A DNA stretch of 64,000 nucleotides from a virus. Position numbers and translations under genes: made by a program. The DNA lies in the IMG/VR virus record IMGVR_UViG_3300043028_000007, positions 3,899 to 67,898 of that record. One strand, given 5' to 3'. The notes under the pieces are model-generated. The model had not been told where the DNA came from and did no database searches. It saw only the letters and a list, made by a program, of their open reading frames with translations. Of this stretch, positions 18,118 through 29,252 are shown one piece after another (position 1 is the stretch's first letter; the number at the start of each line of letters is the position of its first letter).

Positions 18118-20502
18118 TTACCATTTGGGAGTCCCACTATCAGCGGGCTTGTTTTCAAGTAATTCTTTTAATTTATCGGACATATTTTTTATATTCGATA
18201 GGTACTGTTGTACATCGAGTACATTAGTATTTATCTCATCTTCGAAATCTACTATATTGATATAATCACTAAGTCCTGACTTACTAATATATTCTTTAAT
18301 AGTATCTCTTTTAGCCAAAGCTTTAATTGAGGTTATATACTCAGATAATGTTGAATCTATGGAGTACATATCTCGGTTATATAAACGATCATAGATAGTA
18401 TCAAAAACATCTAGCATCTCTCTAAGTTCTCTATAATGAGCTTTGTTAGGGAGTATATTAGGAGATGGTAGTGTTACTTGTATATTCTGTATGATGTCAT
18501 TGACAATAGAGCGGGTATCACTATCTTCGTCTTCATCGTTTTCTTTTAGTATATTAAGTAATCTAGTCTGGAAAAGATTACTGTAGTTACAAATAGTCCG
18601 TATTAGATCCGTAGTATACTTACAAACTATTTTCTGATACCCATTGATCTGTTTTGAATAAAGTAAATGTGTAGTTGCCGCAGAAGAAGCATATTCGGTT
18701 TCGTTTAAATTATTAAGTGCAGAAGCAGGAACTCCTAATGAGTTATTATACATATTTCTTATATCCTCTATTAACTCACTTGGAGGTCTTGGAGTAGTTC
18801 TATTGGTGTCTTCATAAGCGACACTATAGTTATCTAATCCAGGCAATCCGCCAGTTATATCCATGCCTATAGATCTACTAATCATGGTCTGCATTATTTC
18901 AGATGGATTATAAGAAAAGTTATAAGCTTTATTTTTCATAATCTCATTCTTAGTATCCTTTATAGTCTTTAAAGGATTGACGTCTTTTTCATTTATTGAC
19001 ATAGTCAATTTCTGCTTTGGTATTGCTTCTTCTATAAGACTCATAGTTTGTGCTATTATAAGAGTAAGCCTAATAGCCAATAGGAATTTTATATCCTCTA
19101 ATTTACTTTTACCAGTACCATCTTCATTATGGTCAAATCGATAATAGACCATAAAATCTCTAGGAATAAATAGTATCTTGGTTTTCTTTCCCAATAACAT
19201 TCGCCTAAACATGCAGGTAAGAACTGCATTATTAGATTTAATGTTGACATTATTCAAACCGATAGATTTCATACTATTGGTCATATAATCGGTAAGAGTG
19301 GCTTCATATAGCTTATTGACTGAATCCATATATTTGATTTTTAAACTCCTACGCTGTGTTCTATTTCCATAATATATTTCTTTAAACATAGCTTCATAGG
19401 CATTATCTATTAGATTCTCGTCTAGATCATTTTCATCCAGTGATAATGGATTTCCGTTTTCGTCTAATATGACAAAATAAGCTAAATGCTCTTCTGGTGT
19501 ACCCGGTATAAATACAGGTACTACTGACTCAGAAGGTAGTTCTTGGAATATAGGATTTATAGTACTACCGTCATTAATACCGGCTGTATTTAATCTTAAA
19601 AATGGTTCTTCTTTAAATTTGACTTTTTCTTTAGGAGGATTGGTTATTTGTCTAATACTATTGGTAATTTGTTCTAAAGCAATGCTATTGGCTCTTTTCG
19701 TGCTTGCTAATTCTTCTATGTTGTTAGTAATATCTATATCGTCTATTATTTTTTGTTGTATAGTAGAGACGATAGTGTCTACACTATTAGTTATCTTAGC
19801 TTTTTCTGCTTTTTCTTCAATATATATCTTAGTATATGACTCTAATCCAGCGGTTGCCTCAAATATAATTTCTTTATTATTAGAAGAAAAAGAAGGTATC
19901 AGTCTAGTATTTTTAAGATACCCGTTTTTAAAGTTTTCAGTTGCTGAAGTTACATCTGTTTTAATCATATTGGTAAGTATGTTTTCAGGAATAATCAGAA
20001 TAGGCTTAGATCCACTCCCATATAAACATTCACCAATCCATTCGGTCAATTTATTTTCTACATCGAATGTATTGACAAATAAATCTTCTAATAACTCTAT
20101 TATCTGATTACGTTGATCTTCATTTTTTATAAATCCTGATTCTTCTAATGTTATATTGAATCCGGTCCCTTGCATATCGTTTGGAGATAGAATAGATGAA
20201 ACCAAAATGAGCTCAGCCTGATTTATTTCTGGCATAAGTTTCTTAATTCTATAATTATCAACCTTAGCTCTAGCTACACTTTTAGACGTATTGTCCAATA
20301 CATCATTGACATCACCGAAATCGACGAGGTTATCTTTTTTCGTGGGAACATAGGATCTTTTCATCATAGCTCTCTGTTCCAAATGAGTTATGCTTAAAGA
20401 AGGACGATAGTACCTATCTCTCTTATTGTCTATTTCTCCTTTTCGTTTACCGATATTAATATTAGCTAACTGCAATAAAGTTTCCATTGTAATTTTAGCC
20501 AT
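18118..20502 (-). CDS. Portal protein (phiKZ gp129-like)
   Basis: 794 aa. Motifs LMPEINQAELILVSSILSPND, LPSESVVPVFIPG.P..H..YFVILDENGNP and NSLGVPAS. Divergent from the gp128/127-like pair. Confidence 0.75.
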   Translation of the reverse strand: MAKITMETLLQLANINIGKRKGEIDNKRDRYYRPSLSITHLEQRAMMKRSYVPTKKDNLVDFGDVNDVLDNTSKSVARAKVDNYRIKKLMPEINQAELILVSSILSPNDMQGTGFNITLEESGFIKNEDQRNQIIELLEDLFVNTFDVENKLTEWIGECLYGSGSKPILIIPENILTNMIKTDVTSATENFKNGYLKNTRLIPSFSSNNKEIIFEATAGLESYTKIYIEEKAEKAKITNSVDTIVSTIQQKIIDDIDITNNIEELASTKRANSIALEQITNSIRQITNPPKEKVKFKEEPFLRLNTAGINDGSTINPIFQELPSESVVPVFIPGTPEEHLAYFVILDENGNPLSLDENDLDENLIDNAYEAMFKEIYYGNRTQRRSLKIKYMDSVNKLYEATLTDYMTNSMKSIGLNNVNIKSNNAVLTCMFRRMLLGKKTKILFIPRDFMVYYRFDHNEDGTGKSKLEDIKFLLAIRLTLIIAQTMSLIEEAIPKQKLTMSINEKDVNPLKTIKDTKNEIMKNKAYNFSYNPSEIMQTMISRSIGMDITGGLPGLDNYSVAYEDTNRTTPRPPSELIEDIRNMYNNSLGVPASALNNLNETEYASSAATTHLLYSKQINGYQKIVCKYTTDLIRTICNYSNLFQTRLLNILKENDEDEDSDTRSIVNDIIQNIQVTLPSPNILPNKAHYRELREMLDVFDTIYDRLYNRDMYSIDSTLSEYITSIKALAKRDTIKEYISKSGLSDYINIVDFEDEINTNVLDVQQYLSNIKNMSDKLKELLENKPADSGTPKW

Positions 20503-20535
20503 TTTTCACCTTTAATAAAAAGAGGTTAACAAAAT

Positions 20536-22737
20536 ATGTCACAATACAATATATATCAGAAAGAAATATATCATTTTTTGAACACAGTTACTATAAAATT
20601 TGATGAACTTGGTAAATTATTAAATCAGGAATTACAATATAATTATCCTGATATAGATCCAGACGATAGGACTACTTGGCCTTACTATATAAATATGGTA
20701 GGCGAATATCATGAATCTAATACATTGATGGAAGTTGTTTCTTCGGATACTGGTGAAAAAATAATATTCAATAAAGAAAACTTAGAAGCACATCCTATCA
20801 CCAAATCTATATACTCAGCACATACTAAAGAATATGACTTATTATGTAGAACATATCCTAATCAAGTGGATCTTATAAAATCTATACGATATCCAGTAGA
20901 AGACATCAATAAAGCTATTGCTTCTCTAGATTTTACATTATTGAATTACGATGAAAGTTATTTAAATTCTAATGAGAAATATGATATTATAGAAAGAATT
21001 GTATCTTTTTTACAGATAACGGTCAGGAGATGGTATGTGGATAATTTCTATTATGAAGAACTTGCTCCACTGGCATTTTGGGCAATACTTATCTATCAAC
21101 TACCTTTGTATATATCTGTAACTAGGTTAGAGAATTTACATACACAAAAGGTGCATACTTTTCATATATGGGAATATTTAAAATCAAAGGGGCTTGGTAA
21201 TTATAAAGATATACTAACAAACGAACAGGCTTTGTTCCTATATAGAAATATCAAATATATTTATGCCAATAGAGGTAAAGAAGAAACATTAAATATACTC
21301 GCTAGCAATATACTTAAAAAATTAAGAGTTTCATTGATAAGCAAGAACATTTACCGAAATAACGAAACTACTTTAACAAAAGGTATGTGGTCTTCTGAAA
21401 TAATATCGGAAGACTTATCAAGAAATATAGAAGATAGGAAAAAATTTGAAACAATAGAGACGTTGACAAATCGATTGTATTCAAACGGATTAGATGATAC
21501 TTTTAGTATGGAATATATAAAGTCCGTTAAAGACAAAGTATCTACTTCACCTAGAGATAAGTTACAGACTAAATTCGTTGAACTTAAGAAATTCGTTATA
21601 GACAATAAATATGAAAACATACTGCTTAAATATCTTTTGGAAAATCTGATATTAAGAATATCTAACAATACTCTTAATTTCGAGATAGATATCTACAATG
21701 AATCTACCAATACTACATTAGAGGATGTACATATTAAAGATGCATTGTTATTGGCTAATTATTGTCTTGCTAAATCTATAGATATAGAACCAATAACTAT
21801 TCCTACTAAATATGTACTAAATACTTCATATGTACATCAAAGTAAGCCAACTGACTTACCAAAGTATTTTAACTATAAAGGAAATAGATTTAGAATAAGT
21901 GATTTTATTAATACCAAAGGTATAATCGATAGTATCTATTATAGGCCAAGTCCCATAGAGTCATTTGAAGATTTTGGAAACTATTTGTCTTTACAATTCC
22001 CTAATATAATTAGAGACATAAGATTTGTCAGGCATAGTGGGTGCAAAATGACTCACTTAGCTATGGCTAAACTATATGAGTATCTAATGCCTACCAGAGA
22101 AGTAACTTTCTCATTATGCCCATATACAACATATGCTGAGTGGATTTATAACAATGAGGATATATCTGGTTTAATAAATAATATCAATATCAGCAATAAT
22201 AAACGAGAACATTATTTTGAGTTATATAGTTTTATCATAGATAAAATACTTCCTATTTCTCATGATAAGTTTTTCAAATATCTCTCGTTAGATAGTACTA
22301 ATGAAAGCAACAATATCTATAGACGATTGAAAGATTTGTTTGTCCAACTGTGTAGCTACAATATCACTTTCTTAGATACCGAAAGAGATACTGCTACTTA
22401 TTTCATATTGTCTTCATTCCCTATAGAACTACAAGGAGAGAGTAAACATAAGGATGGTTTCAATATACATATAGATCAAGATAATGATAAATTAAAAATA
22501 AAGTCAGGCGATTCGTTAAAAATAGAGCCTGCCAATACGAGTGTATTTTTAACCGATACTAAGCTTTTAACAGATATCAAGGTCATGGCCCAGACAGACA
22601 TATTTGTAACAGAAAATAATCGAGAAAATATAGATATATATCTATCTCATAAAGAAGATATAATAAAAGACGATTATGCCCGTCATGGTATAGATATCAG
22701 TATGGGCTTTGATACAATAATTGAATTAAACGAATAA
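20536..22737 (+). CDS. Virion structural protein (phiKZ gp128-like)
   Basis: 733 aa. Motifs WPYYINMVGEYH, VHTFHIWEYLKS.GL and LFLYRNIKYIYANRG. Confidence 0.65.
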   Translation: MSQYNIYQKEIYHFLNTVTIKFDELGKLLNQELQYNYPDIDPDDRTTWPYYINMVGEYHESNTLMEVVSSDTGEKIIFNKENLEAHPITKSIYSAHTKEYDLLCRTYPNQVDLIKSIRYPVEDINKAIASLDFTLLNYDESYLNSNEKYDIIERIVSFLQITVRRWYVDNFYYEELAPLAFWAILIYQLPLYISVTRLENLHTQKVHTFHIWEYLKSKGLGNYKDILTNEQALFLYRNIKYIYANRGKEETLNILASNILKKLRVSLISKNIYRNNETTLTKGMWSSEIISEDLSRNIEDRKKFETIETLTNRLYSNGLDDTFSMEYIKSVKDKVSTSPRDKLQTKFVELKKFVIDNKYENILLKYLLENLILRISNNTLNFEIDIYNESTNTTLEDVHIKDALLLANYCLAKSIDIEPITIPTKYVLNTSYVHQSKPTDLPKYFNYKGNRFRISDFINTKGIIDSIYYRPSPIESFEDFGNYLSLQFPNIIRDIRFVRHSGCKMTHLAMAKLYEYLMPTREVTFSLCPYTTYAEWIYNNEDISGLINNINISNNKREHYFELYSFIIDKILPISHDKFFKYLSLDSTNESNNIYRRLKDLFVQLCSYNITFLDTERDTATYFILSSFPIELQGESKHKDGFNIHIDQDNDKLKIKSGDSLKIEPANTSVFLTDTKLLTDIKVMAQTDIFVTENNRENIDIYLSHKEDIIKDDYARHGIDISMGFDTIIELNE

Positions 22738-22759
22738 CATATATAGGAGATCCAAGAAG

Positions 22760-23584
22760 ATGCAAAATAATAAAATATCGTATCAGATGAAAAGAACCTT
22801 ACAAGGAATAAAGAATGAGCTATTATCTATAACAAATCTGCCTCTTATTCCGGAATTCGATTTAACTATAAATCACAAATGGGGAGTTAAGTCTAATGTA
22901 GCACCTATAAAAAAGCCGACTATAGCTTATATTGGTTTTGGTATAGGAGGATGTTACAATGTCGATGACGGGAATCTATCATCACCTTATCAAATTAAAG
23001 TTACTAACAAAGATCTGTATTTGCCCATACCAATAAGATGTGTTCCCGTAGATCAAGATCTTTCATCTGAGGAACGATCTCTCTATCGTATGAGAGTAAG
23101 GAGAACATTCGGAGATCAGGAATATTGGTGTTATTACTTTAAAAAGATAGTGTTTAATAGCAATGTAAAAATGACACAGACCGATCCTATTACGTTAGAA
23201 GAAATACCATATGAAGAAGATCCTAATGATTTGACACCTACTCCTCCTCAGCCACCATATACTGGTACAGTCAATACCAATGAAAGCGAAATCAATGTTT
23301 CGCTGACAGGTTCAGTTACTGTATATGGTTCAGAAATATTAGAAGGCATATCTACAATATATAACGACGCTAGAAGAGCATCGATTTCGGAGATAGGTAT
23401 ATATACAGGAGAAGATATGGAAGTCACTGGATTATCTGGAACTGGTTCCGATATTCAATATACGGAAGCTATATATGCTCAGTTGGCTACTCATTATACA
23501 AGTATAGGTGTTCCATTACTTACACCAGATTCATTCAGAGAAATAAATATCAATTTTACCAAAGGTAATATCATGCTACTATAA
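22760..23584 (+). CDS. Virion structural protein (phiKZ gp127-like)
   Basis: 274 aa. Motifs YIGFGIGG, LYLPIPIRCVPVDQDLS.EERSLYRMRV and ISEIGIYTG. Confidence 0.65.
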   Translation: MQNNKISYQMKRTLQGIKNELLSITNLPLIPEFDLTINHKWGVKSNVAPIKKPTIAYIGFGIGGCYNVDDGNLSSPYQIKVTNKDLYLPIPIRCVPVDQDLSSEERSLYRMRVRRTFGDQEYWCYYFKKIVFNSNVKMTQTDPITLEEIPYEEDPNDLTPTPPQPPYTGTVNTNESEINVSLTGSVTVYGSEILEGISTIYNDARRASISEIGIYTGEDMEVTGLSGTGSDIQYTEAIYAQLATHYTSIGVPLLTPDSFREININFTKGNIMLL

Positions 23585-23596
23585 AAAAATAAAGGA

Positions 23597-23633
23597 TATA
23601 AGAGTGTAGGCCCTAAGGGCCTACACTCTTATA
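23597..23633. terminator. Bidirectional intrinsic terminator
   Basis: 17-bp perfect stem TATAAGAGTGTAGGCCC/GGGCCTACACTCTTATA. Confidence 0.8.
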
Positions 23634-23654
23634 TAAGAAAGGAGATAGATAAGA

Positions 23655-25226
23655 TTATGGAAGTATAGCTAAATCTGACATCTTAGTATATCCAATGTCG
23701 ATTTTCATGACAGCATCTTTTTCATTATCTACTACGAAGAAATCGAATGTAGTAGGGATTGGTTTGTTCGACTTACTGTTTTCTATACTTAAAGCTTCGT
23801 GTATATGGAACAGTAGCAGAGAAGTCAGTGGGTTATTATTTTCTTTAACGAGATTAATAGCATTTTTCTTACTATCGACAATATTGCTAAAGAATATTCT
23901 GTTATTTACATTAGTCAATACAAACTGCCTCGGTATCGATATAACAGACTGTTTTGACAATACTCGGATAATATCTTCTTTAGTTTCATCATCCTGACTT
24001 TCGTAGGCTACTTTGCGATTATATCCACTTCCATTCATATTGTAATCTGGGTTATGGAGTATGATATTTCTTTCAGCCTCTACTCTCGGATTGCAAATAG
24101 TGCTCATTTTGAAAAACTCTTCGAATACAGCTATGATAATATCGTTAGCAAGTCCAGATACTGTACCATATCCGAGAGTAGCTAAACTACTATTGCTCTT
24201 CATAATAGCTGGTACGAGTTGTTCGCATTCGCTAAGTTCATCAAGAGATACCACAAAACTCTTATCATCGAGAATAAAATATCTTTTCAGATAAGTATTG
24301 ATTCTGTTGATGAGAAGTTTCTCTATACTTCTAACGAATCTAAAGCTCTTTTTAGTAATCGCATCGATTACTGGCTTATAGTCTCTTCTGGTTTTCCAAC
24401 TATCTCTTATATCGTTTATGCTATTCAGACAGACTTCATACTCTTCATCGATAATATCGATATGATCATAATCGACTACAGAATAATAATTCGGTCTTAT
24501 AGATTTTAGTTTATTATTAATCAACCCTATCATCGAAGCTATGTCATACATAGGCTCATCGATTCTTAAATTTATATACGAATAGTTATCTCGTATTACT
24601 TTGTCTTCCATACTTCTATGCTTTACACAAGTAAGAGTACCAGGCAGATTTATATCGGCATCGTATCCCAAATTATTACCGAGACAATCGGGAGGATTTG
24701 CGACATATTTATCCATCATTTCATAATCTTGATGAGTCAGTTTCATAGAACTTGATTTCTTTTCTGTCTTTGTTTCATTTTTAGCCACTTTCTCTTCTTT
24801 AATGGTTTCATTCTTTGTCTCAGCCTTTGGCTTCCTAACTATCAATTCGTCATCGTAATCGAAATAATCATTAGCGATACCACCATTACTAAAAGAATCA
24901 TTTCCAATAGAAATGGAATTATTCATACGACCCTTACTTCTTTCCAAGTTCTGCAAAGCTAATTTAATATAGCCAAGACAGACTTTCTGTGCAACTTCTT
25001 CTGCATTATTTTGAAACTCATTATAATGCTTGGAAAAGTCCTTAACCAACGCAGGCAAATCTTCATTACTTGAGCCTCCATTCTCGTATATTAGCTCTGC
25101 ATATTCTTTAGAGAGTTGGTTTTTCTGTATGAGGGCTTTGAGCAAATTTAGCAATACTTTGCGTATATACTCAGCTGCCGTGTAGTTATTTCCGGATACT
25201 CCCATATTTCCACTAAGTAAACTCAT
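23655..25226 (-). CDS. Hypothetical protein co-transcribed with the non-virion RNAP beta subunit
   Basis: 523-aa ORF with GGAG RBS. No recognisable motif. Confidence 0.8.
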   Translation of the reverse strand: MSLLSGNMGVSGNNYTAAEYIRKVLLNLLKALIQKNQLSKEYAELIYENGGSSNEDLPALVKDFSKHYNEFQNNAEEVAQKVCLGYIKLALQNLERSKGRMNNSISIGNDSFSNGGIANDYFDYDDELIVRKPKAETKNETIKEEKVAKNETKTEKKSSSMKLTHQDYEMMDKYVANPPDCLGNNLGYDADINLPGTLTCVKHRSMEDKVIRDNYSYINLRIDEPMYDIASMIGLINNKLKSIRPNYYSVVDYDHIDIIDEEYEVCLNSINDIRDSWKTRRDYKPVIDAITKKSFRFVRSIEKLLINRINTYLKRYFILDDKSFVVSLDELSECEQLVPAIMKSNSSLATLGYGTVSGLANDIIIAVFEEFFKMSTICNPRVEAERNIILHNPDYNMNGSGYNRKVAYESQDDETKEDIIRVLSKQSVISIPRQFVLTNVNNRIFFSNIVDSKKNAINLVKENNNPLTSLLLFHIHEALSIENSKSNKPIPTTFDFFVVDNEKDAVMKIDIGYTKMSDLAILP

Positions 25227-25237
25227 TTTTTCTCCTG

Positions 25238-26809
25238 TTATTTGTATGGTAGATAAGGTCTTATCTTTTCAAACTCTTCTGTAAAATCTGCCTTGACAAC
25301 AAAGCCATCGTCCGGGTTAATTACCAAGAACGGATTTATATGTCCTGACGATCCCGGGTTATTGTTACCATAGGATAATAAAGATTCCACATATCCAGTA
25401 GATGGATGCAAAAGCTGTTCTTTAGATCTTATCAGACCTGTTCCCTGTTTATTGCTGTTACTTGAACCAGATGCTCTTATCTTCTTAATTAGGTAAGATA
25501 ATAGCTCATTTGGGTTATATGTAGATGGACTCATGATTACACTTTGTTTCTGGGAAATCTTAAGAATAATATCTTTAGGTATTCTCAACATAGTCTTCAC
25601 AGATTTTTGACTCAAAGGTTTTCTTTCATAATCATAAAATCTTAAATAAATAGCTCTAACGATTGTTTTCAACAATAGATCGTCGACGATATCTATTCTT
25701 CTATTGTACAAATCGTTACGCTTGTTTTCCATTAAATGACTACTCATATTCTTAAACATAAATATCAATAGATCGTAAATATTATTTATATAAATCTCCA
25801 TAGCGGCTAGCCTATGTTTCGTAATTGGGTCTAAGTACGTTTCTAAACTAGCTATGTGATCATTCATATAATCTAATGCAGATGCACTCTTAGTATTAGG
25901 CCCATGTGTTATTTTGCCCAACATAACCTTATACGTAGTAGCGTCCGGATCATATAGATCTTCTAAAGTCTGAATATTGAATGCTTGTAATAGATATAAA
26001 ATAGAAATTATGACCCGACGCTCGTCTATTTTATTCAAACTCATAAGTTCCTTATTTACTCTTAAGTAAAGAGGCGTCCCTCCTTTTCTGACCTTAGAGC
26101 ATGGAAAATATTCGAAGTCGTTAGTATCGTCTTCATCTATCATGGTTGTAACCATCACGTCATTATGATCTATATTAAAAATATCTAGTGTACCAAGAAG
26201 ACCATATCGACATAATAGATAATGTACTATAGTCGGGTATATCTTGGAACTACTTTTCTTTTTGTTATATATCTTAATAGTTATGACAGCATCATAATAC
26301 CGATTTCCAGAAGAAGAACTCTCTACTACATATACGGTATTTTTTCTCGCATGTATAGGAGACCTAATTACCTTAGCAACTATACCGTCTCTTATGATAG
26401 TCAATACTTTTTCAGCTACAGATAGCTGAATAGCATAGTCTGTATTATTAATTACCATCCGTCCTTTATAAAGATAAGGTATATGTAATTTGACACTATA
26501 CTCTTCTTCTTCAAACTCGAATTTATATTCGACTAATTTAATCTCAGTTACTCTAATATTGTTCTTACCAGAGGTTATGATATTTTTGGTATCTAACTCA
26601 TCGGCTAATCTTTCCTCTAAACTACAGATCCTATAGCCCAGGTATTTGATCTGACCTTTAAATAGTTTCAAAGCTTCCTTAAAAACAGTTTCAACAAAAA
26701 TCTCTGTATTACTTACCTCCTTTTCTCTATAATCGATTAATAGAGTACGATTAAAATCTGGGAGACGTTTATTAACTTCCCTGATTATTTCTCCAGTTAT
26801 GCTCACCAT
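25238..26809 (-). CDS. Non-virion RNA polymerase beta subunit, N-terminal part (phiKZ gp123-like)
   Basis: Motifs LHIPYL, NRRIDIVDDL and LLHPSTGYVESLLSYGNNNPGSSGHINPF (beta fork-loop region). Start moved to ATG 26809, which has an AAAGGAG RBS. Sits in an early operon. Confidence 0.75.
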   Translation of the reverse strand: MVSITGEIIREVNKRLPDFNRTLLIDYREKEVSNTEIFVETVFKEALKLFKGQIKYLGYRICSLEERLADELDTKNIITSGKNNIRVTEIKLVEYKFEFEEEEYSVKLHIPYLYKGRMVINNTDYAIQLSVAEKVLTIIRDGIVAKVIRSPIHARKNTVYVVESSSSGNRYYDAVITIKIYNKKKSSSKIYPTIVHYLLCRYGLLGTLDIFNIDHNDVMVTTMIDEDDTNDFEYFPCSKVRKGGTPLYLRVNKELMSLNKIDERRVIISILYLLQAFNIQTLEDLYDPDATTYKVMLGKITHGPNTKSASALDYMNDHIASLETYLDPITKHRLAAMEIYINNIYDLLIFMFKNMSSHLMENKRNDLYNRRIDIVDDLLLKTIVRAIYLRFYDYERKPLSQKSVKTMLRIPKDIILKISQKQSVIMSPSTYNPNELLSYLIKKIRASGSSNSNKQGTGLIRSKEQLLHPSTGYVESLLSYGNNNPGSSGHINPFLVINPDDGFVVKADFTEEFEKIRPYLPYK

Positions 26810-26829
26810 GTACTCCTTTGTTAAAGTTA

Positions 26830-28395
26830 TTAAAAGAACCAACACCTCATTTTACCTGCAAAACTATCTAACGCTCCTTCTATAGCTCCTCCTACAGAAG
26901 AACCAACTTTATCTAACGTAGAAGCTACCGGAGATACTACTTTATCAGCAATATCGAATGCAGTATCTGTACAAGCTACAATAGCCGATCCAGCTGCACT
27001 CAAAACTGGAAGACTAGCGGTACATAGAAACTCTTCAACTCCTTTGGATTTTAATACAGACCATATACCTAATCCAGCTACTACTGGTATTATAATGGCC
27101 AAAGATTTTACAAAAGCCGAAGCAGTACTCATGGTTTCTTTCGTTACCTGACTACTCGATATCGTCTCTTTATGCTCTCTTAGTTTCTCATTAACTTCTT
27201 CTTCTTTTTCCCATCTTTCATCTTCTCTACGATATTTAATATCGTCCCTTAGATATTCTTTTTCCATCTTCTTGTCATCGAAATTTATTTTCTTTTCTTT
27301 ATAACTAACCTCAGCCAAATCATTATTCAGACCTTTTAATTTTGCTTCAGCTAAGAATGATTTTTCGTATCTATCAACCAATACTTGAGTTTCACTTATT
27401 TTATTTTTGAGATCCAATATCTCCTGATCTTTCTTTATTAATTCAGTCTTATGAAACTTCTCTACATTAGTCGTATGTAATTTTTCTATACGGATCTTTT
27501 CTTTATAATCCGCTATAACTTCTTTTAACTCAGCTATTTTTTCACCGAATTCAGTTGCCTGTATTTGTAGTTCTTTTTCTAGATCCTTAAGAGTATAATA
27601 ACCCGCTTTAGTATCTACATGATTTCTTTCTCTCAGAGCTTGCTCTAAACGGGATTTATCAGTACCAATAAATAACCCAGTTATTTCTGTTTTTAATGGA
27701 TATCCTTTAGCTTCTTTTATATCTTCTATGGTAAAGAATTCTTTACTAAACCGCTGATTAGTTTTCTCATCTTTCCAAAATATCTCTATACCAGGCTCAC
27801 TATTATTGATTCCTCGCTGTACAGGAAAGGAACAGATCTTGCCAGCCTGTTCAAAATATACAGTATCTGTAATGTCGTGTATATCGTTTGCTACGATAAA
27901 AAATCCACCGAAACTACTATATGTCTCATTAAGTACTTTTTCCATATGGTCTTTCGGCTGTTTAACGAATATCCGATTACTCAATTTAATCGGATGGATA
28001 GCACCTTCTCTTTTCTGAGAAGCATTGCAAATTATTACATTAAGTGAATCGACATATATAGGTTTATTTAATAATTTCCTATATGGAAACACAACCTCTT
28101 CTATTGTATTTTTACGACACTCTTCTCCATCCTCATTAACTCGCTTTGCTTCCAAATCTATTCTTTTTCTTATTATTATTTTCTCAGTTTCAAAACTACC
28201 GCCTCTATATACTGGTTTAACAGTATATTCTTTATCGTTAGCATCAATAACATACAATGTATCGTCTGTATGATTTATTATCTGAGCCTCCTGATAATAA
28301 ACATCATCACTTCTATCGAGACCACCAATGATTTCTTTATCTTTTCTTTCTGTTATTAGAACATATAAGTCTAATACATGCTTTAGTGTCATCAT
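26830..28395 (-). CDS. Coiled-coil protein with C-terminal membrane anchor (position of phiKZ gp122)
   Basis: 521 aa with a long charged coiled coil then IIIPVVAGLGIWSVL. First gene after the early promoter at 28440. Confidence 0.7.
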   Translation of the reverse strand: MMTLKHVLDLYVLITERKDKEIIGGLDRSDDVYYQEAQIINHTDDTLYVIDANDKEYTVKPVYRGGSFETEKIIIRKRIDLEAKRVNEDGEECRKNTIEEVVFPYRKLLNKPIYVDSLNVIICNASQKREGAIHPIKLSNRIFVKQPKDHMEKVLNETYSSFGGFFIVANDIHDITDTVYFEQAGKICSFPVQRGINNSEPGIEIFWKDEKTNQRFSKEFFTIEDIKEAKGYPLKTEITGLFIGTDKSRLEQALRERNHVDTKAGYYTLKDLEKELQIQATEFGEKIAELKEVIADYKEKIRIEKLHTTNVEKFHKTELIKKDQEILDLKNKISETQVLVDRYEKSFLAEAKLKGLNNDLAEVSYKEKKINFDDKKMEKEYLRDDIKYRREDERWEKEEEVNEKLREHKETISSSQVTKETMSTASAFVKSLAIIIPVVAGLGIWSVLKSKGVEEFLCTASLPVLSAAGSAIVACTDTAFDIADKVVSPVASTLDKVGSSVGGAIEGALDSFAGKMRCWFF

Positions 28396-28439
28396 ATTTA
28401 TATATCCCCATTTATATTTTAGTTATGTTTATCAAGGAG

Positions 28440-28457
28440 ATAATATATATTTTAAAT
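28440..28457 (-). promoter_or_regulatory. phiKZ-type early promoter
   Basis: Minus strand ATTTAAAATATATATTAT. Heads the operon containing the nvRNAP beta gene. Confidence 0.75.
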
Positions 28458-28467
28458 TTAATACAAA

Positions 28468-28499
28468 TATGAGTAGGTAGCTCAGGCTACCTACTCATA
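28468..28499. terminator. Intrinsic terminator hairpin
   Basis: 14-bp perfect stem TATGAGTAGGTAGC/GCTACCTACTCATA. Confidence 0.75.
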
Positions 28500-28503
28500 C
28501 GCT

Positions 28504-29241
28504 TTAAAGTATATTCAATGGACTTATATTGATTGTATCTATTTTAAATAAAGATGTCTGTATTCTCTGTCTTTCTTCTATAGTCATTTTGACATAATTT
28601 GCACCATCAGTTATTATATCTAAATTATCGTTTTCTAAATGGAATAATTTATCATAATCTACACCTAAATTATCTCCTTTATATATCTCTAACCATACCC
28701 TTTCAGTAGGTTCCCAAGCATATACACCATATGCGTCTAATGAATCGACAGTATCTTTGGTCTCATCAATCGGTTCACCAAATTCTATGAAAATTATATC
28801 TTGGTCATTGGAAGCTGTATTATAAATATCAGTTACAGTAGCGGTTATGGCATCGGTAGTTCCCATACTAACTACCGCTACTAAGCAATTTCGATTCTCT
28901 TCAGGTATTCTATCTCTAGATTCAATATCCGCAACATATTTAATATGTTGAAATAATTCATCTGGAAGAAAACGAACATCTATTTCACCTTGATCATTTA
29001 ATTTGAGTAAATTTCCAGGCTGATTATAAGCTTGTATAGCACCTAACTGACTGTCAGATAAGTTGTGTTGATTAACATATTCCAAATCGTTCCAAGACAA
29101 TATTCCGTTACCTATTTTTAATCCACCAGTATCAGTCTCATAGACTAAAAGGTCTTTTGGAAAGATGGGATTATGTAACACATACTCGGACTTAGTTGCT
29201 CCAAAGATTTTTATGATAGTATTAAAATTTAATTTTTTCAT
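28504..29241 (-). CDS. Fibre/virion-associated protein with hyaluronidase-like N-terminal motif; paralog of 41935-42591
   Basis: YETDTGGLKIGNG..SWNDLEYV motif. Co-linear similarity to 41935-42591 over most of its length. Confidence 0.7.
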   Translation of the reverse strand: MKKLNFNTIIKIFGATKSEYVLHNPIFPKDLLVYETDTGGLKIGNGILSWNDLEYVNQHNLSDSQLGAIQAYNQPGNLLKLNDQGEIDVRFLPDELFQHIKYVADIESRDRIPEENRNCLVAVVSMGTTDAITATVTDIYNTASNDQDIIFIEFGEPIDETKDTVDSLDAYGVYAWEPTERVWLEIYKGDNLGVDYDKLFHLENDNLDIITDGANYVKMTIEERQRIQTSLFKIDTINISPLNIL

Positions 29242-29252
29242 TATCTATTCCT

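Noticed and set aside
23655-25226. Chimallin (nuclear shell protein) assignment for the 523-aa unknown
   Set aside because: It is shorter than typical chimallins, no recalled motif matches, and it sits next to the beta rather than the beta-prime N-terminal nvRNAP gene.
26810-26845. Apparent overlap of the nvRNAP beta ORF with the upstream gene as a possible frameshift fusion
   Set aside because: An ATG at 26809 with an AAAGGAG RBS removes the overlap.
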